A stretch of DNA of 24,000 bases from Minisyncoccota bacterium (GCA_028280145.1 JANQMM010000059.1:645-24644); one strand, 5' to 3'; positions 8,227 to 15,836 are shown, counted from the first letter of the stretch. The notes: generated by a model from the letters alone, not told the origin. Translations and numbers: made by a program.

Positions 8227-8871
8227 TTGCAGACCACAACACGGGAGATGATCATGGATACAATACGAGCACTCAGCAAAGATGACCTCGACGAACTCTA
8301 TGACAGGTTTTCAAAAGGACGTCCCATGAGAGTAGACAGTCCGGCAGGAATTGGCGGCTTTTCGCTACTTGCCGGCTTGATGAACTCACTCGGTAAACTT
8401 CAATGCGTCGAGAAGGTGCCTGCTTGGGTCAGGGACGACATGACAGAGGCCGAAAAGCAATTGCAAAGATCGGCCAGCCTTCTTCCCTATGTAAGCGTGC
8501 GCATGATGGGAAGCGGCATAATTTACGAAGCGGTGGATCACGGTACGCCTTGTGCAATACGGGAGAATGATGGAAATCTAAGACTATCCATTCTTTTGGG
8601 AAAGTATCCCGAAGCGTGGATGGTTTCATGCTGGGATGCAGAGAGCAAAAAAAGACAACCTCTCCCCAATATCGGAAATCCTGTAAAAATGCCGATCGAC
8701 TATGACCCTGTTCGTGCAAAAGACAAAATGGCAAGAGCGTACCAAATTGCAAGAGCAGAATGCTCTAGACGCAATGGTCCCTCTATCGATAATCGATTGA
8801 TCATTATTGCTTTTGCTGTTGGGCCGGTCGTGTGGATCATTAACAGCATATTCAAATGGTTCACACAATAG
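8227..8871 (+). CDS. Hypothetical protein with C-terminal TM tail anchor
   Basis: The ORF track starts at a TTG. The ATG at 8254 (MDTIRAL..) sits 6 nt after GGGAG (8243-8247) and is the more likely start. The C-terminus LIIIAFAVGPVVWIINSIFKWF is hydrophobic. No domain was recognised. Confidence 0.5.
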   Translation: MQTTTREMIMDTIRALSKDDLDELYDRFSKGRPMRVDSPAGIGGFSLLAGLMNSLGKLQCVEKVPAWVRDDMTEAEKQLQRSASLLPYVSVRMMGSGIIYEAVDHGTPCAIRENDGNLRLSILLGKYPEAWMVSCWDAESKKRQPLPNIGNPVKMPIDYDPVRAKDKMARAYQIARAECSRRNGPSIDNRLIIIAFAVGPVVWIINSIFKWFTQ

Positions 8872-8900
8872 CTCGAACACACTCAATCGCTCTCAATATA

Positions 8901-8930
8901 AAAGCGGAACGGACCTTCCGCTTTCTTTTT
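8901..8930. terminator. Bidirectional terminator between convergent genes
   Basis: The stem aaagcggaa/ttccgcttt has loop cggacc and is followed by cttttt. Confidence 0.7.
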
Positions 8931-8952
8931 GTGCCCAGGACTTCATTCGTGA

Positions 8953-9858
8953 CTATTTCTTCTTTGCGAGATACTGTACAAACAAACTTTTCTCAGCGGT
9001 GCCTTTGCCGAAATCATAATATATATCTTGGATTTCAAAGTGTTCTGACAACACTTCTTTCATATCATCTTGATAAATTGGGTACAGATCAAGTTTTGAC
9101 CAAATCTTTTCCTCTTTGTCGTAATAATGCAAAACGACAGCAGTATCACTGATGTAAGCGGGAAAGACGATGATTCCATCTTGAAAACCGTGATAATAGA
9201 TCGCGTAGTCAAACGTGAAGTTTTTAAATATATCTTGTTTTGGTAAATTCATCAGAGATTTGATGTAATCGTAGTTCCTCGAGTCAATGAAAAGGTAACC
9301 ATCTTTGTCTATCATGTGGGCAAACTTACTTATCACACTCTTTTGTGCCTTCTTTGTGTATTCTCGTGTACCACCACCGATATATGTTAAAGAGTTTCCT
9401 GTGAGAAAAGCAAAGTCAAAATTGTGGGTATATGGTGGGGTTGCTTTCGGCAAATCCAACCAATTTGCTTTGTGAATCTGAATATCTTGCCCTTCCTTTG
9501 AAAATAACTCTTGAGACATTGTGATGAACGAATCATCAACCTCATTTGCTTCAACATGCTCCAGAGGATAGCCCTCTTCTTTGAGAATCTTCTGGATGTG
9601 ACTTAACTCCAAACCACTACCAACGCCCAAGTCCAAGACCTTCTTCAAACCATGTGTTTGAATAATTTGAGCGAAGAATTTAATCTCCTCAAGTTTTGTT
9701 CCACCCTTAAATTTAGGGTAAATACCCGTCTCCCATTCAACAAAGGTAAAATCCCCAAACTCCTCAATTGGATTACTGATATATGGCAGTGTGTTTACAA
9801 AATCCATGTTATTACACCAAGAACTCCAAAACATTTCGGCAATCTCATCAAAAGCCAA
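8953..9858 (-). CDS. Class I SAM-dependent methyltransferase, glycine/sarcosine N-methyltransferase-like
   Basis: It has SAM motif I VLDLGVGSGLE, and LFIDSRNYDYI resembles the RNYD motif of GNMT-type small-molecule methyltransferases. The start is either TTG at 9858 or ATG at 9834. Confidence 0.6.
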   Translation of the reverse strand: MAFDEIAEMFWSSWCNNMDFVNTLPYISNPIEEFGDFTFVEWETGIYPKFKGGTKLEEIKFFAQIIQTHGLKKVLDLGVGSGLELSHIQKILKEEGYPLEHVEANEVDDSFITMSQELFSKEGQDIQIHKANWLDLPKATPPYTHNFDFAFLTGNSLTYIGGGTREYTKKAQKSVISKFAHMIDKDGYLFIDSRNYDYIKSLMNLPKQDIFKNFTFDYAIYYHGFQDGIIVFPAYISDTAVVLHYYDKEEKIWSKLDLYPIYQDDMKEVLSEHFEIQDIYYDFGKGTAEKSLFVQYLAKKK

Positions 9859-9870
9859 AACTTTTTCTTC

Positions 9871-9946
9871 TGGTGGGCGATGAGGGACTTGAACCCCCGG
9901 CCTTTTCGGTGTAAACGAACTGCTCTACCAACTGAGCTAATCGCCC
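9871..9946 (-). tRNA. tRNA-Val (anticodon UAC), CCA encoded
   Basis: The minus strand reads gggcgat-ta-gctcagttggtagagc-a-gttcg-ttTACac-cgaaa-aggcc-ggggg-ttcaagt-ccctc-atcgccc-a-cca. Confidence 0.9.
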
Positions 9947-10029
9947 CGCGCGTTCACATTAATTGTAAATCAAAGTATATAGAAAAAATACAATCTCGCA
10001 ATACTGAATCAATTTTGGTTTTGATTGGT

Positions 10030-10035
10030 TATAAT
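10030..10035 (+). promoter_or_regulatory. -10 box TATAAT 6 nt upstream of the acyP ATG (leaderless-type promoter)
   Basis: The sequence is tataat-acccaa-ATG, with the ATG at 10042. Confidence 0.45.
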
Positions 10036-10041
10036 ACCCAA

Positions 10042-10317
10042 ATGCAAAAAATATTTCATATTATTGTAACTGGTCGGGTACAAATGGTAATGTATCGGGA
10101 TTTTGCTCAACGGAAAGCCAGAGTCCATGATCTTGTTGGTACCGTTCAGAATTTACAGAACGGATCAGTTGAATTATTTGTACAGGGGGATGAAAAAGAA
10201 TTGGATGCATTTATCAAAAAATTACATAAAGGCCCTGTTCTTGCACGGGTCGAAGATGTTAAGGTAGAGGAATTATCAGAACCGCAACCTTTTGAAGGAT
10301 TTAAAATTATTTTCTAA
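10042..10317 (+). CDS. acyP: Acylphosphatase
   Basis: The 91 aa protein has VTGRVQMVMYRDFAQRKA...GTVQNLQNGSVELFVQG, the classic acylphosphatase pattern. The track ORF (9652..) is artificially extended across tRNA-Val. Confidence 0.85.
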   Translation: MQKIFHIIVTGRVQMVMYRDFAQRKARVHDLVGTVQNLQNGSVELFVQGDEKELDAFIKKLHKGPVLARVEDVKVEELSEPQPFEGFKIIF

Positions 10318-10322
10318 CTAAT

Positions 10323-11000
10323 ATGAGCACAATTAATTGTATTGGTTTTATTATGGACGGGAATCGTAGGTGGGCCCGCGAACAAGGACTTCCTTCAATG
10401 AAGGGACATCAAAAGGGTTTTGAGACCTTTAAACGTGTTGTTGAGTGGGGTGCGGAGGCGAAAATTCCAAATATGATCTTCTATGCATTTTCAACTGAGA
10501 ATTGGAAGAGATCAAAAGATGAAGTCTCTTATCTATTTACTATTCTCGAACAATCGTTTGGATCCATGCTTGAACTTGCACATAAACATAAGGTGCGCGT
10601 TTTATTTCTCGGTCAAATTGAGCGATTGCCGAAACCTATCCAGGAAAGAATACACAACGCAGAAAAAGAAACACACCAGTACAGCGAAAGGACGGTTGGT
10701 CTTGCGCTCTCGTATGGAGGGAGAGCAGATATCGTGCAGGCGGCAAATACACTTATCAAGGAAGGAGTAAAGGAAATAACCGAAGAGGCGCTTGCTTCAA
10801 AACTGTGGACGGCTGACATGCCAGATCCTGACTTGTTGGTGCGAACGGGTGAAGTAATGCGTCTTTCAAATTTTCTGACATGGCAGTCGGTATATAGTGA
10901 ACTGTATTTCAGCGGTACGCTCTGGCCCGACTTTGACAAAGAAGAGTTTACCTATATTCTTGAATCATTCGATGAAGAAAATAGGAGAAAAGGAACATAA
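10323..11000 (+). CDS. uppS: Undecaprenyl-diphosphate synthase (cis-prenyltransferase)
   Basis: It has IMDGNRRWA, YAFSTENWKRS and RTGEVMRLSNFLTWQ motifs. Confidence 0.9.
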   Translation: MSTINCIGFIMDGNRRWAREQGLPSMKGHQKGFETFKRVVEWGAEAKIPNMIFYAFSTENWKRSKDEVSYLFTILEQSFGSMLELAHKHKVRVLFLGQIERLPKPIQERIHNAEKETHQYSERTVGLALSYGGRADIVQAANTLIKEGVKEITEEALASKLWTADMPDPDLLVRTGEVMRLSNFLTWQSVYSELYFSGTLWPDFDKEEFTYILESFDEENRRKGT

Positions 11001-11715
11001 TACACCGACGATCAACGTCATTTATGAAGATGAACATGTTCTTGTGGTGAACAAACCTCACGGACTTCTAACCCATTCCGATGGACACAGCGATGAAGAG
11101 AGTGTGTCCTCGTGGTTTGCGACAAAGTATCCTGAATCTCGAGATGTTGGCGAATCGGTGGTTCGCGATGACGGGACGGTAATAGAAAAACCGGGTGTTG
11201 TGCACCGGCTCGATCGTGACACAACAGGTGTGCTTCTTTTGGCTAAAGATCAGGAAACGTTTAAGTTCATAAAAGAGCAATTCCAGGCACGCAAAGTGGA
11301 AAAAGTATACCGTGCGTTTGTGTATGGGGAGGTCAAGGAAGATGCAGGGGTCATTGATCGCGCGATCGGAAGAAGCGCCAAAGACTTTCGCCTGCGAAGC
11401 GCTCAACGCGGCGCTCGAGGCAAGTTACGGGAAGCGATCACGCATTACAATGTCCTTGGTCGAAGTGGGGACTATAGCTATGTGGAATTAAAGCCGAAAA
11501 CAGGACGAATGCATCAATTACGTGTACATCTTAAAGCAATCAACCACCCCATTATTTGCGACACGTTATACGCACCAAAGCGCAAACCGGCTCTTGGTTT
11601 TTCACACCTTGCGCTTCATGCAAGTCGGCTTGAAGTGGAAGTCGAACACGGAAAGCATTTGTCGTTTGAGGCTCCACTTCCGCCTGATTTTGTTGAAGCG
11701 GAAAAAGCACTTTGA
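10972..11715 (+). CDS. RluA-family pseudouridine synthase (no S4 domain)
   Basis: It has the HRLDRDTTGVLLLAK catalytic-Asp motif. The likely start is ATG 10972 (MKKIGEK..), which overlaps the uppS 3' end by 29 nt. The track start at 10897 is probably too long. Confidence 0.8.
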   Translation: MKKIGEKEHNTPTINVIYEDEHVLVVNKPHGLLTHSDGHSDEESVSSWFATKYPESRDVGESVVRDDGTVIEKPGVVHRLDRDTTGVLLLAKDQETFKFIKEQFQARKVEKVYRAFVYGEVKEDAGVIDRAIGRSAKDFRLRSAQRGARGKLREAITHYNVLGRSGDYSYVELKPKTGRMHQLRVHLKAINHPIICDTLYAPKRKPALGFSHLALHASRLEVEVEHGKHLSFEAPLPPDFVEAEKAL

Positions 11716-11778
11716 TCCGCCATATAATATTGCACCCCCAAAAAACTTGTGGTAGAGTAGCACGTACTTAATTGCATT

Positions 11779-12432
11779 ATGGAAGGAGTAACCATCTCAC
11801 CGGTAAACATACAAAAGCGACAGGAGATAGGCATTCGTGCCGGCGATACTGTTCGCGTATCACAGAAGATTCAAGAAAAAGGCAAGACAAGAATTCAGGT
11901 ATTTGAGGGTCTTGTACTGTGTCGAAAGCACGGCAATGAGCCGGGCGCGACATTTACTGTGCGAAAAGTCTCAAGTGGAGTGGGTGTTGAAAAGACATTC
12001 CCCCTTTATTCTCCTCTGATAGACAAAATTGAGATCGTACGAAGGAGCAAGGTGCGTCGCGCGAAGCTTTACTTTATCCGTGAAAAGGTTGCCCGGGAGA
12101 TCCGAAGGCAGATGCGAAACATGCGCATGGTGGATATTTCTACGGGAAGCGATATTGAAGAGAAAGAAACTGCCGAAAAAGAAAAAATAGCAGCAGAAGA
12201 GGCGGCAAAAGCGGCCGAAAGCGCTAAAGCTGCTGAAGAAGCTTCAGAAAAAGACACCGATACTTCTGCGCAGGATGATAGCGACAACAGCGACGATAGC
12301 AAGAAAGCACCTGAGGCAGAGGAAGATGCAGAGGCTGAAGAAGCACCGGAAAAGGCGCCAGAAGCGACTTCCGAAAAAGAAGAAAAAAAGGATTCTCCGA
12401 GTGAAGAGAAATCAGAAACAGAAGATAAGTAA
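11779..12432 (+). CDS. rplS: Ribosomal protein L19 with about 100 aa acidic low-complexity C-terminal extension
   Basis: The L19 core is ..[48 protein letters not shown].. It is followed by an E/K/A/S/D-rich tail from about residue 115 to 217. Confidence 0.9.
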   Translation: MEGVTISPVNIQKRQEIGIRAGDTVRVSQKIQEKGKTRIQVFEGLVLCRKHGNEPGATFTVRKVSSGVGVEKTFPLYSPLIDKIEIVRRSKVRRAKLYFIREKVAREIRRQMRNMRMVDISTGSDIEEKETAEKEKIAAEEAAKAAESAKAAEEASEKDTDTSAQDDSDNSDDSKKAPEAEEDAEAEEAPEKAPEATSEKEEKKDSPSEEKSETEDK

Positions 12433-12464
12433 AAATAACCTGATACAGCAGGTTATTTTTCTTT
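12432..12464 (+). terminator. Rho-independent terminator after rplS
   Basis: The 11 bp stem aaaataacctg/caggttatttt has loop atacag, and a T-run follows. Confidence 0.75.
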
Positions 12465-12506
12465 ACGTCTTTGTGTGGATACTATATACTCAAATTTATC
12501 CTAATT

Positions 12507-12593
12507 GCCCAGGTGGCGGAATTGGTAGACGCGCTACCTTGAGGGGGTAGTGTCCTTATGGGCGTGCTGGTTCAACTCCAGTCCTGGGCACCA
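12507..12593 (+). tRNA. tRNA-Leu (anticodon GAG), type II, CCA encoded
   Basis: Fold: acceptor gcccagg/cctgggc, anticodon stem ctacc/ggtag with loop ttGAGgg, long variable arm, T arm gctgg-ttcaact-ccagt. Confidence 0.9.
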
Positions 12594-12618
12594 AGACGGA
12601 ACCTAACGGTTCCGTCTT
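12593..12618 (+). terminator. Perfect 11 bp hairpin immediately after tRNA-Leu (probable terminator or processing signal)
   Basis: The stem is aagacggaacc-taac-ggttccgtctt. The downstream sequence ggtgcgtttattt is only partly T-rich. Confidence 0.5.
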
Positions 12619-12629
12619 GGTGCGTTTAT

Positions 12630-12693
12630 TTAACGAATGAGGGACTTGCGACGAAATGAGTTTAGAACTGGCGCCAAGTCCCTCATCGCCCAC
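12630..12693 (+). repeat. Left 64 bp direct repeat (att-like); its last 19 nt equal the 3' end of tRNA-Val
   Basis: ttaacgaatgagggacttgcgacgaaatgagtttagaactggcgccaagtccctcatcgcccac is identical base for base to 15837-15900. It has an internal 12 bp hairpin (12637-12648 / 12675-12686). Confidence 0.9.
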
Positions 12694-12694
12694 A

Positions 12695-12735
12695 AAACCA
12701 AAAACTTCCAGCTTTTTGCTGGGAGTTTTTGGTTT
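12695..12735. repeat. 18 bp-stem hairpin abutting the left repeat
   Basis: aaaccaaaaacttccagc-ttttt-gctgggagtttttggttt pairs with one mismatch. Confidence 0.7.
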
Positions 12736-12740
12736 CAGTG

Positions 12741-12884
12741 AATGAAAGAAGTGGGACTTGAAAGGCGCAGACGCGCCCGCGGGGCGGGAGAAAGCGTCGA
12801 GCCGGGGTCGCGAGCACTTAGTATTTTGCAAAGTATTGAAGCAAAATACTTAGTGACTTGTGACCAAGTCCGAGATCGCTCACC
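12741..12884. repeat. Degenerate third copy of the repeat motif with an expanded GC-rich spacer
   Basis: The left arm gaatga-aagaagt-gggacttg (12741-12760) is the repeat's left arm with a 7 nt insertion. The right arm ccaagtccgagatcgctcac (12864-12883) matches 16/20 to ccaagtccctcatcgcccac. Confidence 0.6.
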
Positions 12885-12899
12885 AGAAATGTTTTCTTG

Positions 12900-13301
12900 C
12901 CCTGAACTGGCAAGGTCTTGGAGTAGCTCCTGCGGTAGTTTTAACTTAATATGAAGCCGATTAGAGATTTGTTGTCCTGCTTTTTTGATACCCGCAATGA
13001 CATCTTCTTTGCGTCGGGGACGAGAATAAACAACTATTTCTTCAATTAGTTTATGGAGTATCTCTCTTGTCTCCTTTCTATTTTCAAAAGCTTTCTTTAA
13101 GGCAGGTCTATATTCCTTTGAAAACAATTTGAGACTTTCATAGTATCCCTTTGTTAGCGTATGTTCTGCAATTTGTCACCTAATATCACTCAACTTTTCT
13201 TGAAAACGCTTTTGGTCTTCAATAACTTCATTCATTTTTTTCTTTAACTCTTTCAAATCAATAATTCTATGTTCGTATTGTACGTTTTCTGACCATACCT
13301 C
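12900..13301 (-). pseudogene. C-terminal fragment of a recombinase (large-serine-recombinase-like coiled-coil tail), N-terminally truncated with an in-frame stop
   Basis: Hand translation on the minus strand: EVWSENVQYEHRIIDLKELKKKMNEVIEDQKRFQEKLSDIR*QIAEHTLTKGYYESLKLFSKEYRPALKKAFENRKETREILHKLIEEIVVYSRP. There is a stop at 13176-13178, and no catalytic domain lies upstream (stop at 13302-13304). The tail resembles the ..EKRELLTCFKNTIVL.. end of the intact recombinase at 21067..22344. The boundaries are approximate. Confidence 0.4.
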
Positions 13302-13378
13302 CTAAGAGGGTTAGGTCGTTAAAAGTGGTATTCGGTTGTAAATTGATGATAGCAATTGAAGAATATGGTGTCTATCAA

Positions 13379-14710
13379 TCAATATTTTGCAGGTGCTAAA
13401 AAGAAACCGAGGTAGTGTTGTAGTTCTTCCATGTTTAGTTTTTCTCCATTTCGCAACTTTGATTCAGCGTCTACAGAAATTGGAATTTTGAAATAATCTT
13501 CAAGTTTCTCTACCTCAAATAACTTTTGGCTATTGTATCCACCTGCAACTCCAACATGCGTAACTCCTTTTTTTACTACTCTCATAACATCGCTTTGAGT
13601 GCGTTCTATATGAGCTTGTCTCCCTGTTCCAAAACTTTCATCTAAAAGGAGATAGGTATTGTTCAACTGCAAGTATTCAACTAGCTTTTCATTTTCTAAT
13701 AATGCATACTGGCTTCTTTTCAGTTGAAAAATTGTATACTCTCCTTGAAGAGAATCAATTACATCCAAGTCAGGTTTCTTCGAGATAGACTTTTCTTCAA
13801 AGCGTAATTGTAAAGAATATCGAAAGCTAAGCAGAGATAGAAAAGACTTTAACTCCCTATAAAACATCCTTCGCTCAAGGTAGTCTAAATGAAGAACAAT
13901 TGATACACGCTCTGTATGCTCAAAATGTTTCGCGAATCGATTTAATTCTTCAGCCAAACCAGTATCTTGCAGGTCTCCATTTTGTGGATATATAGGAACC
14001 CCAAGAAATATCTTTCGACTAACAGAACTTGCATCAAAAGTACGAACAATTTTAGATACCTCATCACCTCTTGTTAAATCTTTCCGAAAAAGAGTGGCAC
14101 CTACGTATGGGTTAAAAGTAGGGGCATAATGAAGAAATTTATGTCGTTTAGTTTGCGCGTATTCTCTATTTTCGAACGTTGTCCCAACGTCTAATGGAGT
14201 ACTGACAACAGGATAACCTTCTCGCTCCAATATGAGCTTCTTGTGGTAGTTGTTGGACAAAAGTGTAATCTTACTTTTTTTGCCATGCAGTAATTCATCT
14301 AGTACTTGAATCACAGAAGAATACTCACGAGCATCAGGGCTACCACTAATACGAATATTTGCATCATGTGTATCTAAACCCTTATACATTAGGTTATATG
14401 CTTGTATTTTTTTGAAGAGTCCAATATTCCGACCTTCTTGCCTATGATATATGAGTATCCCGTTCCCGTGCTTAGCAATTGCCTTTAGGGCTTCATCTTT
14501 TTGCTGGCCGCAATCACAAGAGAGTGAGCTAAAAGTATCCCCTGTTATACATTCAGAATGAATCCGTAAGAGTATCTCTCTTAAAGGGTCTAAAGATGGT
14601 GTAGAAAGTGCAACTGATTCTTGTCCTCGTTTCCCATCCCAAACCCACACATTAAACATGCCGTACTTTGTAGCCATAGATGTATATACAGCTTCTTTTT
14701 TTGTTTTCAT
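13379..14710 (-). CDS. GTP cyclohydrolase II (RibA-like) fused to a C-terminal PRAI/TrpF-like TIM-barrel domain
   Basis: The N-terminus has RIHSECITGDTFSSLSCDCGQQ (Cys54/65/67) and QEGRNIGLFKKIQAYNLMYKGLDTHDAN, which are RibA signatures. The C-terminus ..HVGVAGGYN...IPISVDAESKLRNGEKLNMEEL resembles the TrpF end LAGGL...GVDVSSGVE..G.KD. Confidence 0.7.
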   Translation of the reverse strand: MKTKKEAVYTSMATKYGMFNVWVWDGKRGQESVALSTPSLDPLREILLRIHSECITGDTFSSLSCDCGQQKDEALKAIAKHGNGILIYHRQEGRNIGLFKKIQAYNLMYKGLDTHDANIRISGSPDAREYSSVIQVLDELLHGKKSKITLLSNNYHKKLILEREGYPVVSTPLDVGTTFENREYAQTKRHKFLHYAPTFNPYVGATLFRKDLTRGDEVSKIVRTFDASSVSRKIFLGVPIYPQNGDLQDTGLAEELNRFAKHFEHTERVSIVLHLDYLERRMFYRELKSFLSLLSFRYSLQLRFEEKSISKKPDLDVIDSLQGEYTIFQLKRSQYALLENEKLVEYLQLNNTYLLLDESFGTGRQAHIERTQSDVMRVVKKGVTHVGVAGGYNSQKLFEVEKLEDYFKIPISVDAESKLRNGEKLNMEELQHYLGFFLAPAKY

Positions 14711-14716
14711 GCCAAT

Positions 14717-14722
14717 ATTTTA
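14717..14722 (-). promoter_or_regulatory. -10 box TAAAAT 6 nt upstream of the GTP cyclohydrolase II fusion ATG (leaderless type)
   Basis: The minus strand reads taaaat-attggc-ATG, with the ATG at 14710. Confidence 0.45.
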
Positions 14723-14812
14723 GTGGAAATAGTAAGTACTGCTCATTTTTCCGTCATTTAGTTAAAAAGTTGGCTTAGATACTGCTTAAATGATGATATA
14801 TATGTACAAAAG

Positions 14813-14852
14813 TGTCAGATATATTGACATATTGTTAAATATTTAGTAGTAT
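14813..14852 (+). promoter_or_regulatory. Promoter TTGACA-17-TAGTAT overlapped by palindrome TGTCA-N7-TGACA (candidate TrmB-like operator)
   Basis: The -35 is at 14824-14829 and the -10 at 14847-14852. The palindrome halves are at 14813-14817 and 14825-14829. Confidence 0.5.
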
Positions 14853-15600
14853 GAAGCTACACATGGAAACAATCTCTACTAAATCCCTACAGGAAGCAGG
14901 TCTTTCAGAAATTGAGTCAAAAATATACTTATCTTTGTTGAAATCACAAAAAATGACAGTTTCGGAGATTGCACGCGCTACAGATACAAAGCGTCCCACC
15001 TGCTACCAATATTTAGACCTGCTGTTATCTAAGGATTTCATCATTCGTGTCCCTATTGGGAAAAGAATGTATTACAGTGCCGTGAGTCCAAAAAAGGTTT
15101 TATCCGCGGCACGAAAGCGCTACGAGGCCTTCGAGGCCGTTTCTGATGAAATGATGAAACAATACGAAGAGTCTACTCATAAACCACAGGTTGCTTTTTA
15201 CGAAGGGAAACGTGAATTAAAAAATATCTACGATGACTTATTCAAGACTGTTGGGGATATATATTCAATCTTTCCACCAACCGCCTTTTTCGAAAACTTT
15301 ACAGAACAAGAGTATGACGAATTTGATTCTTCAATCAGTCAATATGCGATTAAAAGTAAGGATTTAATTGTAGAAGATAAACATTTTAAGCGTGTTAGTC
15401 AGATACGCAAAAAGAATGGGGTAGAAAATAAAGTAACAAAGAAATTACCAGAATCGTTCAAAACTAATGTGGATGTTCTGGTTTATAACAACAAGGTTGC
15501 CCTTATTAGCTTACGTGATTTATCTGCCTTAGTGATTGAAAATAAGGATATAGCAGACTTGTTTAAGAGTATCCATACATCAATGTGGAAATCACATTAA
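14851..15600 (+). CDS. TrmB-like winged-helix transcriptional regulator (paralog B)
   Basis: LQEAGLSEIESKIYLSLLKSQKMTVSEIARATDTKRPTCYQYLDLLLSKDFI is a TrmB-type wHTH. The -10 box overlaps the ATG at 14851, so the real start is probably ATG 14863 (METIST..). Confidence 0.7.
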   Translation: MKLHMETISTKSLQEAGLSEIESKIYLSLLKSQKMTVSEIARATDTKRPTCYQYLDLLLSKDFIIRVPIGKRMYYSAVSPKKVLSAARKRYEAFEAVSDEMMKQYEESTHKPQVAFYEGKRELKNIYDDLFKTVGDIYSIFPPTAFFENFTEQEYDEFDSSISQYAIKSKDLIVEDKHFKRVSQIRKKNGVENKVTKKLPESFKTNVDVLVYNNKVALISLRDLSALVIENKDIADLFKSIHTSMWKSH

Positions 15601-15711
15601 GATGAAACTCCTATTCGTCTGATTTCCTTGTCCAAATCAAGGCAGATTAACACTAAATTATGCTTTTCTGGAAAGTATAGTTCTGGGTAGATAAACATCT
15701 CTCACCAGACC

Positions 15712-15744
15712 AATAAAGCTCAGGTGAATTACCTGAGCTTTATT
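15712..15744. other. Perfect 14 bp hairpin inside a 236 bp non-coding stretch at the right end of the island
   Basis: The stem is aataaagctcaggt-gaatt-acctgagctttatt. No T-run follows on either strand, so it is not a canonical terminator. Confidence 0.6.
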
Positions 15745-15836
15745 GCGTCTCGATAGAGCGCGATGAGAGGCTTGAAGAGAGCGAGTATATCGCGCGGAGC
15801 TTGCGAGCACGATTCGAGCGACGGGGCAGCGAGTTC

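Noticed and set aside
9652-10041. The long N-terminal extension of the acylphosphatase ORF (track start 9652)
   Set aside because: The extension reads straight through the tRNA-Val gene and the methyltransferase 5' end. The ATG at 10042 gives a canonical 91 aa acylphosphatase with its own -10 box.
12275-12550. The Lys/Arg-rich ORF 12275..12550 (+) and other long antisense ORFs (for example 4572..5030, 6555..6992, 15916..16383, 10613..10939)
   Set aside because: These are alternative-frame or antisense readings of well-supported genes or of low-complexity DNA. They have no independent signals.
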